The notes under the pieces: generated by a model
Databases searched by the model: none
The model's input: the letters and a program-made list of their open reading frames with translations, nothing else
Told to the model about the DNA's origin: nothing
Virus record (IMG/VR): IMGVR_UViG_3300023174_002543
Span: 1 to 64,000 of that record
Direction: 5' to 3' (one strand)
DNA length: 64,000 nucleotides
Position numbers and translations under genes: made by a program
Part shown: one piece after another, positions 38,429-48,487 of the stretch
How positions within the stretch are numbered: the first letter of the stretch is position 1
How the letters are laid out: each line of letters begins with the position of its first letter

Positions 38429-41400
38429 TTAAATTGAACTCGTATATGCACTAGTTTGTAACTGCGCCGGTGTTAGTGATGAAATGATTGATATATCAGT
38501 AGCCTGAGCACAGTTTACAAATATTTCATATGGTGCTGAACGTATCTCGTATAAATCTCCAAATACTAAATTAGGATCATTAGGTACTAATATAACTGAA
38601 TTGATATAATCACCTAATACATTATGTAAGTATGCTGCCAATTCACTGAAGTAGAAGACATCTCCAAAGTCCCAATTGTCAATACTAAAATAATTATTCA
38701 TTTCTGCTAATACACTTGTGCGAATTTCACTATCACTGGCTGTAGTACCTTGATTTTTAATAACTTTAATAGTAGCTTGTAAGTTAGGTTCTGCTTTAAT
38801 ACCAAATAATGGTTTAAATTTAACACTATTCATAATTACGCTATCTGTTAGCATCTTATAATTATTCAAATCACTATACAATTGTGTTAATTCATTAATA
38901 TTAGGTGCAGTTGGTTCTATAACAGTACCAGTAGTATCTTTGACCCAATTTTGATATTGAGTATAATAACTTTGAGTAACTAGATACAAATCAATAATGT
39001 TTGTGCTGGCGGGATTAATACGTGTAGTATTATCACTTATGTGTTTATATTGGAAGTATAGGCCCTGACGACCTGTCATTGCGCTATACGTAGACAATAT
39101 TGTTAAATTGTATATATTGGCACTAGTAGTTGGGTCAGTTACACTTTGATAAAAATTATTTTCAAATACTGCATAGAAGATAGTACCTAATGGATATTCG
39201 TATTTTACTACATTAACATCAGAGATAGTGCCATAATTATAAATTATTTCACTGCTAGGTATTATTACTTTTCTAGTCAACATATTAGCATCAGTGATTG
39301 TTTGGAAGAATACAAAGAATTGAATATTTGTTGTACCAGTACTATAACCAGTCACTTCACTAAAGAAATCAGGATTGCTTAATGTTCCCGGCAAGTTAGC
39401 ATTTATAGTAGATATTTCAACGGCATAATCATCAACATAACCGTCTGACTCAACTGGTTGACCAACTACATATAATTTTTTGTCTTTAGCTAACGGCCAA
39501 TTACTAAATGGTTGGCTATTGCTTTTCATTATACTAACATAATCTTGCATAATTTTACCACTTAGTGGATCATATATAACTTTTTCTCTGTCATAATTAA
39601 ATCTAACTTGCTTTACACTAGCAAAATAATATGCAAGACAGCGATATGTTACAGTATAACTAGAACCACCTAAACTTTGAAATCTAACAAATGAGCTAGT
39701 ATCATTGTAATCACCTACACTCCATCGATTTTGATTAGCAAGTAATGTATTGTTGAACACCAATGAGAAATTTTGATTTAAGTTTATTAATGCGATACAT
39801 TCTTGTACTACAGAGTTAGGAATCAGATTAGTAAAACTAGGAACAATGGTAGCCAATACACATCCATATGGTACTGTGCTTGTTAATGCAACCGGGCCAA
39901 TACCATTACTTAAGTTACCCAATCCATTATTACTTCCGTCACCGGTCACACTTCCTACACTTACCCAAATATACGTAATATCGCTTGGGCCAGGAATTCC
40001 TGATACCAATTGATTAGTGCTATCAAAGAAATAACCACTTGGTGCAACAAATTTTAATAATGCACCTTCAGTAATATAGGATGTATTTCCACCGCTATAT
40101 ATACCTACTTGTACAGGACCTGCTGCATTATAAAAATATCCAGTTGTTTCTTCTGAATTGAAACTAGTTTGATGCCACATATATGTGTACAATGGACTAT
40201 AGGTAAGTGGTTGAAATATCCATGGAAAGTATTCTACATAGTATTGCAACACTCTACTACTATTCAAAACTGTACTCAATGTTTCTGTAAGGAAATTTAC
40301 AATTTCACTGGTGCTAGACGGATAGAAGGTTATAAAACCCAAACTATCATCAACAAACACGCCACCGTCATCAGCAAAATCATTTGTTGAACTATACTTT
40401 GCGCTTGGGTCTTGTAAGTCAAAGTTACGACTTACACCAACGCTAACGCGGTTAAGTGCCTTGCTCTTGATGATTGAACTATACAATGTGAATGGGAAGT
40501 TATTATAATCTTCTCCGTTAACCATACGGTTTTGTGTATAGAATCTTTGCGGTGCACGTGTTTTGATATTTTGTAATGTTTCACGTTGTTGTGCAGTAGT
40601 AACTGGTAACTGCAATTCTAATGCCATTGACAATGTTTCTGTACGTCCGGTTCTAGTAATATACTTAATATTAATTATAATCCCGGTGAATTCAGTTGGA
40701 TCAATTGTATACGTTAGTGCATTACCTGTTCTTACATATGATACAAAATTACCTGTCGGTATTTCACCAAACACACCGTCGCCAAAATTATATGTAACTT
40801 GGTCATTAAATCTACTAGTGACACTATAAATCTTTTTGTTAATGTTTTTAGTTTGTTGCGAGTAAATGCTGTCCACTTGTGTCCATGGAATATATGCATT
40901 TGTTGTAGTATCAATGCTATATAACCACGTATCTGTATTATTGACACCTTGAATATTGATATCAATCTTTTGATTACTTACTTGTTCAGGTACATTAAAT
41001 GAATATGTACCCAATGTACCTTGTTTAAAGTACATAAAGAAACCAGTATTAGGGCTACCAAATCCTAAATTATCGTTACGATACAACATGTTAAAGGTGC
41101 CGTTTGGTGCTGGTGATTTTTCATATAGTGATGAACTATTCATACTAGTCATGCTGACACATTCGAATACCATACTAACACCATCAATAGTGGCACCAAA
41201 ACTACTAGTTGGTAGTGCTCCTGGTGGAATCCTTATTGAATATTCATCGGTTTTTACATCTAATAAAGTTTGGCTATTGCCAGGTTTACCTACCCGTTGA
41301 CTATCAATCAATACTGCATTAACTACTGTATTAAATTGTTCTTGCCAATTTGGATTTGCAGGATCATTCCATAGTATAGTTAATCCACTTAGGTTAAGAC

Positions 41401-41800
41401 CATTAATATCTTTTAATTGTTCAGTTGTTTGTACACTAGTTATTTTTAAAAAGCCCTGGCCAGCAATATTACGTTTAGGTGTGTATCCAACTAAATTAGC
41501 TAATTTTACTACAGAGTCTCGGCGCTCGGCAGTATCAATGAAATTTTCACGTGTGTTTAAATCGTCACGAAAACTCATGGCTTGGCCCATGAATGCCATA
41601 ATATCTAATAATGCTACATATTCGCTTGACTCAGTATAGTCATTAAATGTTTCTGGATAATAGGCGCGGAGATAATCTACGAAAGTTTTACGTAGGGACT
41701 CATAATCATAGCTTTGAAAATCAGCTTGACTATATGTTTTATAGATTGATTTCCAATCATTGACACCAAAAATACTACTTTGTCTTGAACTTGTGGCCAT
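38429..41800 (-). CDS. gp6: Baseplate wedge protein (T4 gp6-like)
   Basis: FNDYTESSE...ENFIDTAERRDSVVKLANLVGY and TQNRMVNGEDY motifs; follows gp25. Confidence 0.85.
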   Translation of the reverse strand: MATSSRQSSIFGVNDWKSIYKTYSQADFQSYDYESLRKTFVDYLRAYYPETFNDYTESSEYVALLDIMAFMGQAMSFRDDLNTRENFIDTAERRDSVVKLANLVGYTPKRNIAGQGFLKITSVQTTEQLKDINGLNLSGLTILWNDPANPNWQEQFNTVVNAVLIDSQRVGKPGNSQTLLDVKTDEYSIRIPPGALPTSSFGATIDGVSMVFECVSMTSMNSSSLYEKSPAPNGTFNMLYRNDNLGFGSPNTGFFMYFKQGTLGTYSFNVPEQVSNQKIDINIQGVNNTDTWLYSIDTTTNAYIPWTQVDSIYSQQTKNINKKIYSVTSRFNDQVTYNFGDGVFGEIPTGNFVSYVRTGNALTYTIDPTEFTGIIINIKYITRTGRTETLSMALELQLPVTTAQQRETLQNIKTRAPQRFYTQNRMVNGEDYNNFPFTLYSSIIKSKALNRVSVGVSRNFDLQDPSAKYSSTNDFADDGGVFVDDSLGFITFYPSSTSEIVNFLTETLSTVLNSSRVLQYYVEYFPWIFQPLTYSPLYTYMWHQTSFNSEETTGYFYNAAGPVQVGIYSGGNTSYITEGALLKFVAPSGYFFDSTNQLVSGIPGPSDITYIWVSVGSVTGDGSNNGLGNLSNGIGPVALTSTVPYGCVLATIVPSFTNLIPNSVVQECIALINLNQNFSLVFNNTLLANQNRWSVGDYNDTSSFVRFQSLGGSSYTVTYRCLAYYFASVKQVRFNYDREKVIYDPLSGKIMQDYVSIMKSNSQPFSNWPLAKDKKLYVVGQPVESDGYVDDYAVEISTINANLPGTLSNPDFFSEVTGYSTGTTNIQFFVFFQTITDANMLTRKVIIPSSEIIYNYGTISDVNVVKYEYPLGTIFYAVFENNFYQSVTDPTTSANIYNLTILSTYSAMTGRQGLYFQYKHISDNTTRINPASTNIIDLYLVTQSYYTQYQNWVKDTTGTVIEPTAPNINELTQLYSDLNNYKMLTDSVIMNSVKFKPLFGIKAEPNLQATIKVIKNQGTTASDSEIRTSVLAEMNNYFSIDNWDFGDVFYFSELAAYLHNVLGDYINSVILVPNDPNLVFGDLYEIRSAPYEIFVNCAQATDISIISSLTPAQLQTSAYTSSI

Positions 41801-41817
41801 ATTTAATCTCTCTTACA

Positions 41818-41825
41818 TATTTATC
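41818..41825 (-). promoter_or_regulatory. Late promoter (GATAAATA) with upstream T-tract
   Basis: Intergenic; reads ...TTTTTTGTACGATAAATA on the - strand. Confidence 0.55.
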
Positions 41826-41844
41826 GTACAAAAAAACCGTGTTT

Positions 41845-42294
41845 TTATACTGATGTTGCAGTTTTTGAACCTTGGTCAAATAATACAGCCATCTGAGTAG
41901 CATTGTTAAAGGGTGCTATAGCTAATTCCATTTCAATTAATATTCCTGATTCCGTACTGGTAGTTTGTATGTTGTTTAATATAATTCTAGGATCCATTTG
42001 AACTACTCTTGCAATTTCTTGCTCAAGTTGTTTTCTAACATCTACTGTGTTTGGTTCAAATATATAACTCCACAATGTTGTACCATATTCAGGTTTGCCG
42101 GGCTTTTGACCCTGGACGATATTAAAAGAATTTAACAAATCTTGCATTACTAATTCTTCATCAGTGGTCCTAAACTTCTTACCAGAACGCTGAATTTTAT
42201 CGGTGTTACCTACTGTCTGATTAATACCTCTAACAAATCCGGCTGTTCTTACATTTTCCACGTGTTGTGTACTAAATCCCATGTATATTGGCAT
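41845..42294 (-). CDS. gp25: Baseplate wedge subunit (gp25/GPW family)
   Basis: GQKPGKPEYGTTLWSYIFEP...DPRI motif. Confidence 0.85.
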   Translation of the reverse strand: MPIYMGFSTQHVENVRTAGFVRGINQTVGNTDKIQRSGKKFRTTDEELVMQDLLNSFNIVQGQKPGKPEYGTTLWSYIFEPNTVDVRKQLEQEIARVVQMDPRIILNNIQTTSTESGILIEMELAIAPFNNATQMAVLFDQGSKTATSV

Positions 42295-42304
42295 AGTTGT
42301 TCCT

Positions 42305-45300
42305 TTAAATTGTTACTATTTTTTCTGCTTGTTTTGTTAATTTATCTAGTTTTTCTGCACTTGAATGTAGCGAGTTATATGCAGTTTTAGCTTGTGCGCT
42401 GTCAGCTCCATATTTAGATGATGCAATTTCGTACTTTTCATTTAGTTTTTCATAGTTAGCCAATTCAGTTACTAATTGTTCTGATATGCTGGCTAATTTA
42501 GTTTCAGCAGAAACATTGGGTTCAGGAGCTTTATTAGTACCAAATGAAGGTGAGGGTATTTTACTGTCACCTAATAATGACTTAGCCTGTGATTTTAAAC
42601 CGCTCACGTTAAAAGTATCTGATGATATCTTAGGCAATGAAATGTTTAGGGCACCGTGACCAATAGAACTAAACAAACTATTTAAACTACTTAATTTTGA
42701 GGGATCAAGACCTTTCATAGCAACTGCTGCAAGTGAGGCTCCTCCCACTACAGATTTGGCCGCAGCTAATTCAGAACCAAATTGACTACCACTTACATTT
42801 CCTGCTATGTTTTTAACTGCACTTGATATATTACTCATCCCTGTACTAGTTACCGGATTGCTAGAGTTGTTAGTTATAGAATCCATGCCGCCCGGTAGAC
42901 CTCCTAAGCTAGATACGTTAACTCCGGGTATTGCTGAATCAAGTTGAGACTGCACTAATGAATTAGCATTTATACCTTGTCCGCTTGAGGCAGCAGATGC
43001 CGCTGTAATTGCAAGGCCTGCGCCCGGTACGCTTGCTTCTAATGCAGTCTTTGCTAATCCTTGTACTTGAGGATCGTTTGCAATTTTTACTGCTGCATCA
43101 GCCGCCGTGCCAGCGGCGTTGGCAAGTGCAGTTACATCTCCTGCCGCACTGGCTACACTTGTTGGATCAGGCGGTGCATTGATAGCATTTAAATTTTGAG
43201 GAACATTAGGCTTCAATGGTTTAAATGCAGACACTACACTAGAATATAGACTTGAAGCAAAACCTTTAACTGCTTTAGCAACGTCAATTCCACCTAACTT
43301 AATTCCACTAAGTGCAACTAGAGACTTGTCTGCTAAGCCAGCTGCAAAATTACCACCTGAGATAATTTGACTTGCTGAGCCGGCCATACCTCCAGGAATC
43401 TTATCGGCTAATTCTGCTGGACTCAATCCAACTGAACCTGATGCAGAATTAGATGCTAAAAAGTTTGAAGTGGCTTTCAGTCCCAAAGATGCAGTGCTCA
43501 TAATCAATCCTGCTGTTTGAGTTGAATGTTCATTGCCGCTTATTATACCAGAAGATTTTAATTTATTTTCACCATCTACTAATAATGACGCAGCAGCTTT
43601 AGTTTGTGAACTAGTGTCATTTAAAAATTGATTCAAATTAGTGACACCATTTTGACCCGTAAAAATATTATTAGGCATTGCTTGTTCTAACGTTTTACCA
43701 CTATTCAATGCATAATTAACTGCAATGTCACTGCCTGGTTTAATTATACCAGCGTTGCTCATCTGAGTAGCGTTTAATCCAAAACTACCTACACCGGCTA
43801 CTTTTATACCTTGTCCGTTATCTAAAATTCCAGCGCCACCATTAAGTACTGCAGGACCTAGTGGACCCAATGCAGCTTGAACTGCCATTTGACTAACCAT
43901 ACTAGTTACTGCAGGATTACTTAGTGTAGTGGCTAATCCTTTAGTAAGATTAGTAACATCTGTTATTCCAGGAACTGTAGCTGCGAATGTACTATTAGTA
44001 ACATTGTCAGGTGACTGGGGCACTGCTGCATTTACTGAACTTATTGCTGAACTGGGTGAAGACGGAAATGCATCACTTGCACTTTTATTTGTTTTCTTAT
44101 CAACACCTTTACCTGCTTCTGCCCATGGCATATGAGCCGGAGCACGGTTAACAATACTTGCTAATTTAGCCGGGGCAGGATTATATCCTTTACTATCATC
44201 AAGTAGTGTATCGGATAGTACGCTTACATCAATTTGTTTAACTTCTTTAGGTGTTGTAGAAATTTCACCACTGTTAATTTTTACGTTTGGTTTCTTTTTT
44301 CCACCATTTATATAAACGGTACCTTTTGTTTTAGTTCCTATATCACCAGCTGCTTCTACGGCATAATTACTTTCAGTTTTAATTGTATAGTCACCCTTTG
44401 AATAGCTCTGTAGTGTGTCGCCTGCATATTGAGTTACTGTCTGTAAACCTTCAACTTTAGTATTTTTACCAGACATCTTTAAATCACCAACTGCATTAAT
44501 GTTTATGTTTCTATCAGCATGTAAATTTAAATCACCTTCAGTTCTTATGTTAACGCTATTAGTAGAGTACATATCAATAGTGCCCTCACGACCTAATTCA
44601 ATATAACTCTGTCCATTAGAATGCATTATCATTAATGTTTGAGCATAGTCATTCATTAATATCATGTGACCTGTTGCCGTGCGTAGTCTTATAAGTTGAT
44701 CTTTACCATATAAGTCCCCATCATCCATGACTAGGCTATGTCCACCTCTGCGACCAATAATTTTAAAGTTCTCGTCTTTTGCATCTGCTTTGATAGCGTC
44801 ACCAATACTCTTGTCATCATACCCACCTTGATATATTGGTCTACCGGGCGTACTTATCCCAAACACATGACTTGGGCTTTCACGCATACTTGAACTACTG
44901 ATGGTTCCCCTGTCTGGATCTTTTATTAATCCTTGATTGAACAATATGTCTGCTTGCCAACTATGAACTGGTCTAGGATTAGTTGCAATTGTAGGACTAT
45001 CTTTAATTGACTTCTTTGCATTGTTTACTTCCGTTACTGGTAATAATTTTGCGCCACCGTAACTTTTTGCTTCGCCTTCATTAGCTATAACATTAGCACT
45101 CGATCCTACTGCAGGAACCATGTGTGTCATTCCCGGTTTAGGTAATGAGCCAATATAATAACCAAAGTTAATGTCACCGTTTAAGAAAACACATAATACT
45201 TCTGTATCAATGTCAGGAGGTGTCATCCACATACCATAACTATTGGGATTACCTAAATATTTTCCATTATCATCACTACTAGATGTATTACCTGTATATC

Positions 45301-45526
45301 CAAAGAAAGGACTCATATAGTTAACAGGGGTCCAACTAGCCGGACTATCTTGATTTGATGAATTCCCTCTTAGTAAGAAAACTTCTATTCTACCTGAGCG
45401 AGTTGGATCAACGTTGTTTTTCACAATGCCTATAACTGCACTGGGTATGGTTTGTGCGCCGCCCCTAGTATCTTTGTTACTATTAAACGACCCACTTAGT
45501 TTAATATTATTTTCATTAGCTGACAT
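42305..45526 (-). CDS. gp5: Baseplate hub spike protein (gp5/VgrG-like) with a long Ala/Ser-rich C-terminal extension
   Basis: OB-fold GIVKNNVDPTRSGRIEV...YGMWMTPPDIDTEVLCVF, then RTATGH and beta-helix repeats. Confidence 0.7.
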   Translation of the reverse strand: MSANENNIKLSGSFNSNKDTRGGAQTIPSAVIGIVKNNVDPTRSGRIEVFLLRGNSSNQDSPASWTPVNYMSPFFGYTGNTSSSDDNGKYLGNPNSYGMWMTPPDIDTEVLCVFLNGDINFGYYIGSLPKPGMTHMVPAVGSSANVIANEGEAKSYGGAKLLPVTEVNNAKKSIKDSPTIATNPRPVHSWQADILFNQGLIKDPDRGTISSSSMRESPSHVFGISTPGRPIYQGGYDDKSIGDAIKADAKDENFKIIGRRGGHSLVMDDGDLYGKDQLIRLRTATGHMILMNDYAQTLMIMHSNGQSYIELGREGTIDMYSTNSVNIRTEGDLNLHADRNININAVGDLKMSGKNTKVEGLQTVTQYAGDTLQSYSKGDYTIKTESNYAVEAAGDIGTKTKGTVYINGGKKKPNVKINSGEISTTPKEVKQIDVSVLSDTLLDDSKGYNPAPAKLASIVNRAPAHMPWAEAGKGVDKKTNKSASDAFPSSPSSAISSVNAAVPQSPDNVTNSTFAATVPGITDVTNLTKGLATTLSNPAVTSMVSQMAVQAALGPLGPAVLNGGAGILDNGQGIKVAGVGSFGLNATQMSNAGIIKPGSDIAVNYALNSGKTLEQAMPNNIFTGQNGVTNLNQFLNDTSSQTKAAASLLVDGENKLKSSGIISGNEHSTQTAGLIMSTASLGLKATSNFLASNSASGSVGLSPAELADKIPGGMAGSASQIISGGNFAAGLADKSLVALSGIKLGGIDVAKAVKGFASSLYSSVVSAFKPLKPNVPQNLNAINAPPDPTSVASAAGDVTALANAAGTAADAAVKIANDPQVQGLAKTALEASVPGAGLAITAASAASSGQGINANSLVQSQLDSAIPGVNVSSLGGLPGGMDSITNNSSNPVTSTGMSNISSAVKNIAGNVSGSQFGSELAAAKSVVGGASLAAVAMKGLDPSKLSSLNSLFSSIGHGALNISLPKISSDTFNVSGLKSQAKSLLGDSKIPSPSFGTNKAPEPNVSAETKLASISEQLVTELANYEKLNEKYEIASSKYGADSAQAKTAYNSLHSSAEKLDKLTKQAEKIVTI

Positions 45527-45543
45527 TGTATTCTCTCTTAAAT

Positions 45544-48171
45544 TTACGCAAAATTATCTTCGCGGCCGCCTTCATTTATGGCATTATCATTAACTAAAAA
45601 CATCTTATCATCATTAGCAACATTAAAAGAAGATTCTGGTTTTTCTGGAGGTATTGTAGTACGCAATGGACCAAGGTCACTAACTTGTAATCTTGGTGTT
45701 GTTTCGGAAGGGGTGAATGTATTGGATGATATTGCCTTGTCTGTTGATTCAGGGTTAGTAGTTGCCACTGTATCAAATCCAGTAGGTGTTGGTGCAGGAT
45801 ATCGTGCTAACAATGAGTCAGTTTCTCTAGCATTTTCAGCAATTTCAGATTTATTTGCAGGCTTGTCACTTACAAAAGGCGGTATACAAACTTTCAATTC
45901 TTGTTGAAATACACCTCTGCTAAATGTACTAATCACTTGCCACACCATATAGATGGTGCCTTGTACGTCTTTCTTAATACTATCAGGATATTTCCAAAAT
46001 AATATATCACCGTCTTGACTAGGATTTAACAATCCTGCATTTTTAGCATTGATTCCGGCATAGTCTTCTGCATCTCTAAAATCAATTTCAATAAACACTT
46101 GACCTGAACTAGGATTAATACTTTGGTCAGTACCAAACCACTTAGTAATAGCTTCCTGATATCCTTTAGTAGTACTAGTCATTAGATAATCAGGATCACC
46201 TAATATAACAATTTTAGCTTTAAGTTGGTCAGCAGGACTATAAAGAAATGTTTTAAATGGTCCAATCGCTTTATCAAAATACCCCGGAGCTTTTCCTTGC
46301 GGATTACTTCCACCTGATAAATTTGCAACTGGTGCTTTGTCATCTGTCTCATCTAATGGTGCATCTGTTCCATAGCCTGCTAAATTAAAATACAATAAAT
46401 TGTATGTTACATCATAGCTTATAATTTCTTTTTGATGCTGTGAGTTCTCCTTGTCTAAGTCGTTACTCATAAACCAATGTTTATATCGTTTCACTGGGCC
46501 ATAGTATGGAGTTCTTTTGCCTAATTGTAAGCCTCTGATATAAGGAACTTCATAACGTTTAATAATATATGTTATTTCACTTGCAAACACATTTCTCTTT
46601 TTGTCAAAACCCAATAACGTAACTTGTGGGATGACTGAATACCATCCGATAGTACCAGGAGTATTTTTGGTATAATCATCATCTTGTTGTTTTACTTGTT
46701 GAAATTCTTCAGTAGTAGTTATTTTTAATGCTTTTGTTACATAAGAACTTTGTGAAATAATTTGGTCTATAACCTGTAATATACTATCACCTTTATTAAT
46801 ACTAATAGGACGAGTTCTTTTTTGTATGACTGGTGCTTTACTTGAAGTTTTTACATTAGAGCCGGCTGCGCTAGTGACACCTGTATTAGGTGATTTTTCA
46901 TTTGGATTATTATCAACATCTACTAGAAATGCCGTATCTATGCCCGTGTTTGATTCAAATTTTATTATATACTTGTCTTTAACCAATATCTGTTCATCTT
47001 TAAACAATTGATCTTGGATTTCATTTAACCGTTGCATTAACCCAATAGCATTTGGATTTTTATTATTGCCGTCTGATCCCTGAAGTGCATCTTTTACTGT
47101 CTCACCCTTTATGGTTATATTTTCAGGTATTTCTAATTTGCTTTTTCCCATAGCAACTTGTTCGGAAACTAGTTTAGCTTTTACATTATATGTAACCATT
47201 TTAGGATCTAATTTAAAATCAAATCCATATATCTGTATAGGGAAACTACGTTGATAGTCGTCCTCTGACACCACATTACCTTTGCTGTCGTAACCATAAA
47301 ATTTTATAACAATTAAATAATGTGTCTGTAACGCGGTTATACTTTCGTTAACTTCTCTTTGTATTTGACTTTCTGCCTGTACTTTAGTTGCAGCCTTTAT
47401 TAGTTTTGTAGGGAATGAAAAACCATAAGGTTCGTGTATTTGAAAACTTATATCAAAAACATTAGATGCGCTATATGTTTCTTTGCTACTAATTGCGGTA
47501 GATATTCTTAGATTATCAATATAATAGTCTAACTCGAACCCGGGTGCTCTCCAATTTTCAGCATTCGGGCCTCCTCCATTATCACCGCTATTATTGATAC
47601 CACCACTACGACAAATTAATTTCCAATCTTTAGGAATAGTCTGTCCACCTTCACTATATAAATTGAAGTTATCTGGGTTTATCATATACAAACTTATATT
47701 GTATGTGCTGCTAGAATACTTTGATAGAGGATTAGGTCTAATAGGCCCTACTTTATTACTGCCTGTATTAGGACTATCTACATTTATATTTTCAGTAGGC
47801 TTTTTTTCCGTTTCAGCTGCATTATCATCATTAGTTTCCGGCTGTGTTGCAGGTGCCGGGGGCGGCGGCGGGGCATCGGTAACGGGGTTTGCGATTGGTG
47901 GTGTTTCAGCTATTGTTACTGGTTGTGCTGGCGCTGGTGGTTTATCAGGTTGCGGTGATGGTTGTGATTGCGACTCTGCATTAGTTTTCCATTTATCAAC
48001 AATGCCACTAAGTGTGTCACCTTTTTGTACAGTTACAGTACTTCCATCAGGTAACGATATTGTTTGACCTGGTGTGATTAAATTAGCATTTTTAAGGCTG
48101 TTGTCTCCTGCAACCTTAGTTACGGTCTGTGAAAATGATAGATTACTACTAGGATACTTATATGTGGCCAT
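45544..48171 (-). CDS. Baseplate hub protein (gp27-like) with N-terminal LysM domain
   Basis: LysM-like NLITPGQTISLP / TVQKGDTLSGI; C-terminal IVILGDPDY...IYMVWQVISTFSRGVFQQEL. Confidence 0.6.
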   Translation of the reverse strand: MATYKYPSSNLSFSQTVTKVAGDNSLKNANLITPGQTISLPDGSTVTVQKGDTLSGIVDKWKTNAESQSQPSPQPDKPPAPAQPVTIAETPPIANPVTDAPPPPPAPATQPETNDDNAAETEKKPTENINVDSPNTGSNKVGPIRPNPLSKYSSSTYNISLYMINPDNFNLYSEGGQTIPKDWKLICRSGGINNSGDNGGGPNAENWRAPGFELDYYIDNLRISTAISSKETYSASNVFDISFQIHEPYGFSFPTKLIKAATKVQAESQIQREVNESITALQTHYLIVIKFYGYDSKGNVVSEDDYQRSFPIQIYGFDFKLDPKMVTYNVKAKLVSEQVAMGKSKLEIPENITIKGETVKDALQGSDGNNKNPNAIGLMQRLNEIQDQLFKDEQILVKDKYIIKFESNTGIDTAFLVDVDNNPNEKSPNTGVTSAAGSNVKTSSKAPVIQKRTRPISINKGDSILQVIDQIISQSSYVTKALKITTTEEFQQVKQQDDDYTKNTPGTIGWYSVIPQVTLLGFDKKRNVFASEITYIIKRYEVPYIRGLQLGKRTPYYGPVKRYKHWFMSNDLDKENSQHQKEIISYDVTYNLLYFNLAGYGTDAPLDETDDKAPVANLSGGSNPQGKAPGYFDKAIGPFKTFLYSPADQLKAKIVILGDPDYLMTSTTKGYQEAITKWFGTDQSINPSSGQVFIEIDFRDAEDYAGINAKNAGLLNPSQDGDILFWKYPDSIKKDVQGTIYMVWQVISTFSRGVFQQELKVCIPPFVSDKPANKSEIAENARETDSLLARYPAPTPTGFDTVATTNPESTDKAISSNTFTPSETTPRLQVSDLGPLRTTIPPEKPESSFNVANDDKMFLVNDNAINEGGREDNFA

Positions 48172-48172
48172 A

Positions 48173-48487
48173 TTATAAACTTAAAGCGTTTTTTAAATTA
48201 TTAAATTGTGGCAAGTAGATATATGTACCGGTGGTAAAATCAAACAATGGATCTTTTAATGTATTTGGATTTCTTTGTGTGAATACCCACCACAATCTAC
48301 TGTCACTGTATAAGTCATGTGCTAACAAGTCAGGGCGATAATTATAAGTAACTGTTATCTGCCAATATACGTCAGTGGTGTCCGGTGGTATACTTCTATT
48401 AACCATGTTATCTAAAAATACGTTTTTATATACCTTAGTAAGATAGTACGGACTTGTTTGTGGATATGTTATATTAGTCATTACCAC
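48173..48487 (-). CDS. gp53: Baseplate wedge protein (gp53-like)
   Basis: YRPDLLAHDLY...LWWVF motif. Confidence 0.75.
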   Translation of the reverse strand: MVMTNITYPQTSPYYLTKVYKNVFLDNMVNRSIPPDTTDVYWQITVTYNYRPDLLAHDLYSDSRLWWVFTQRNPNTLKDPLFDFTTGTYIYLPQFNNLKNALSL

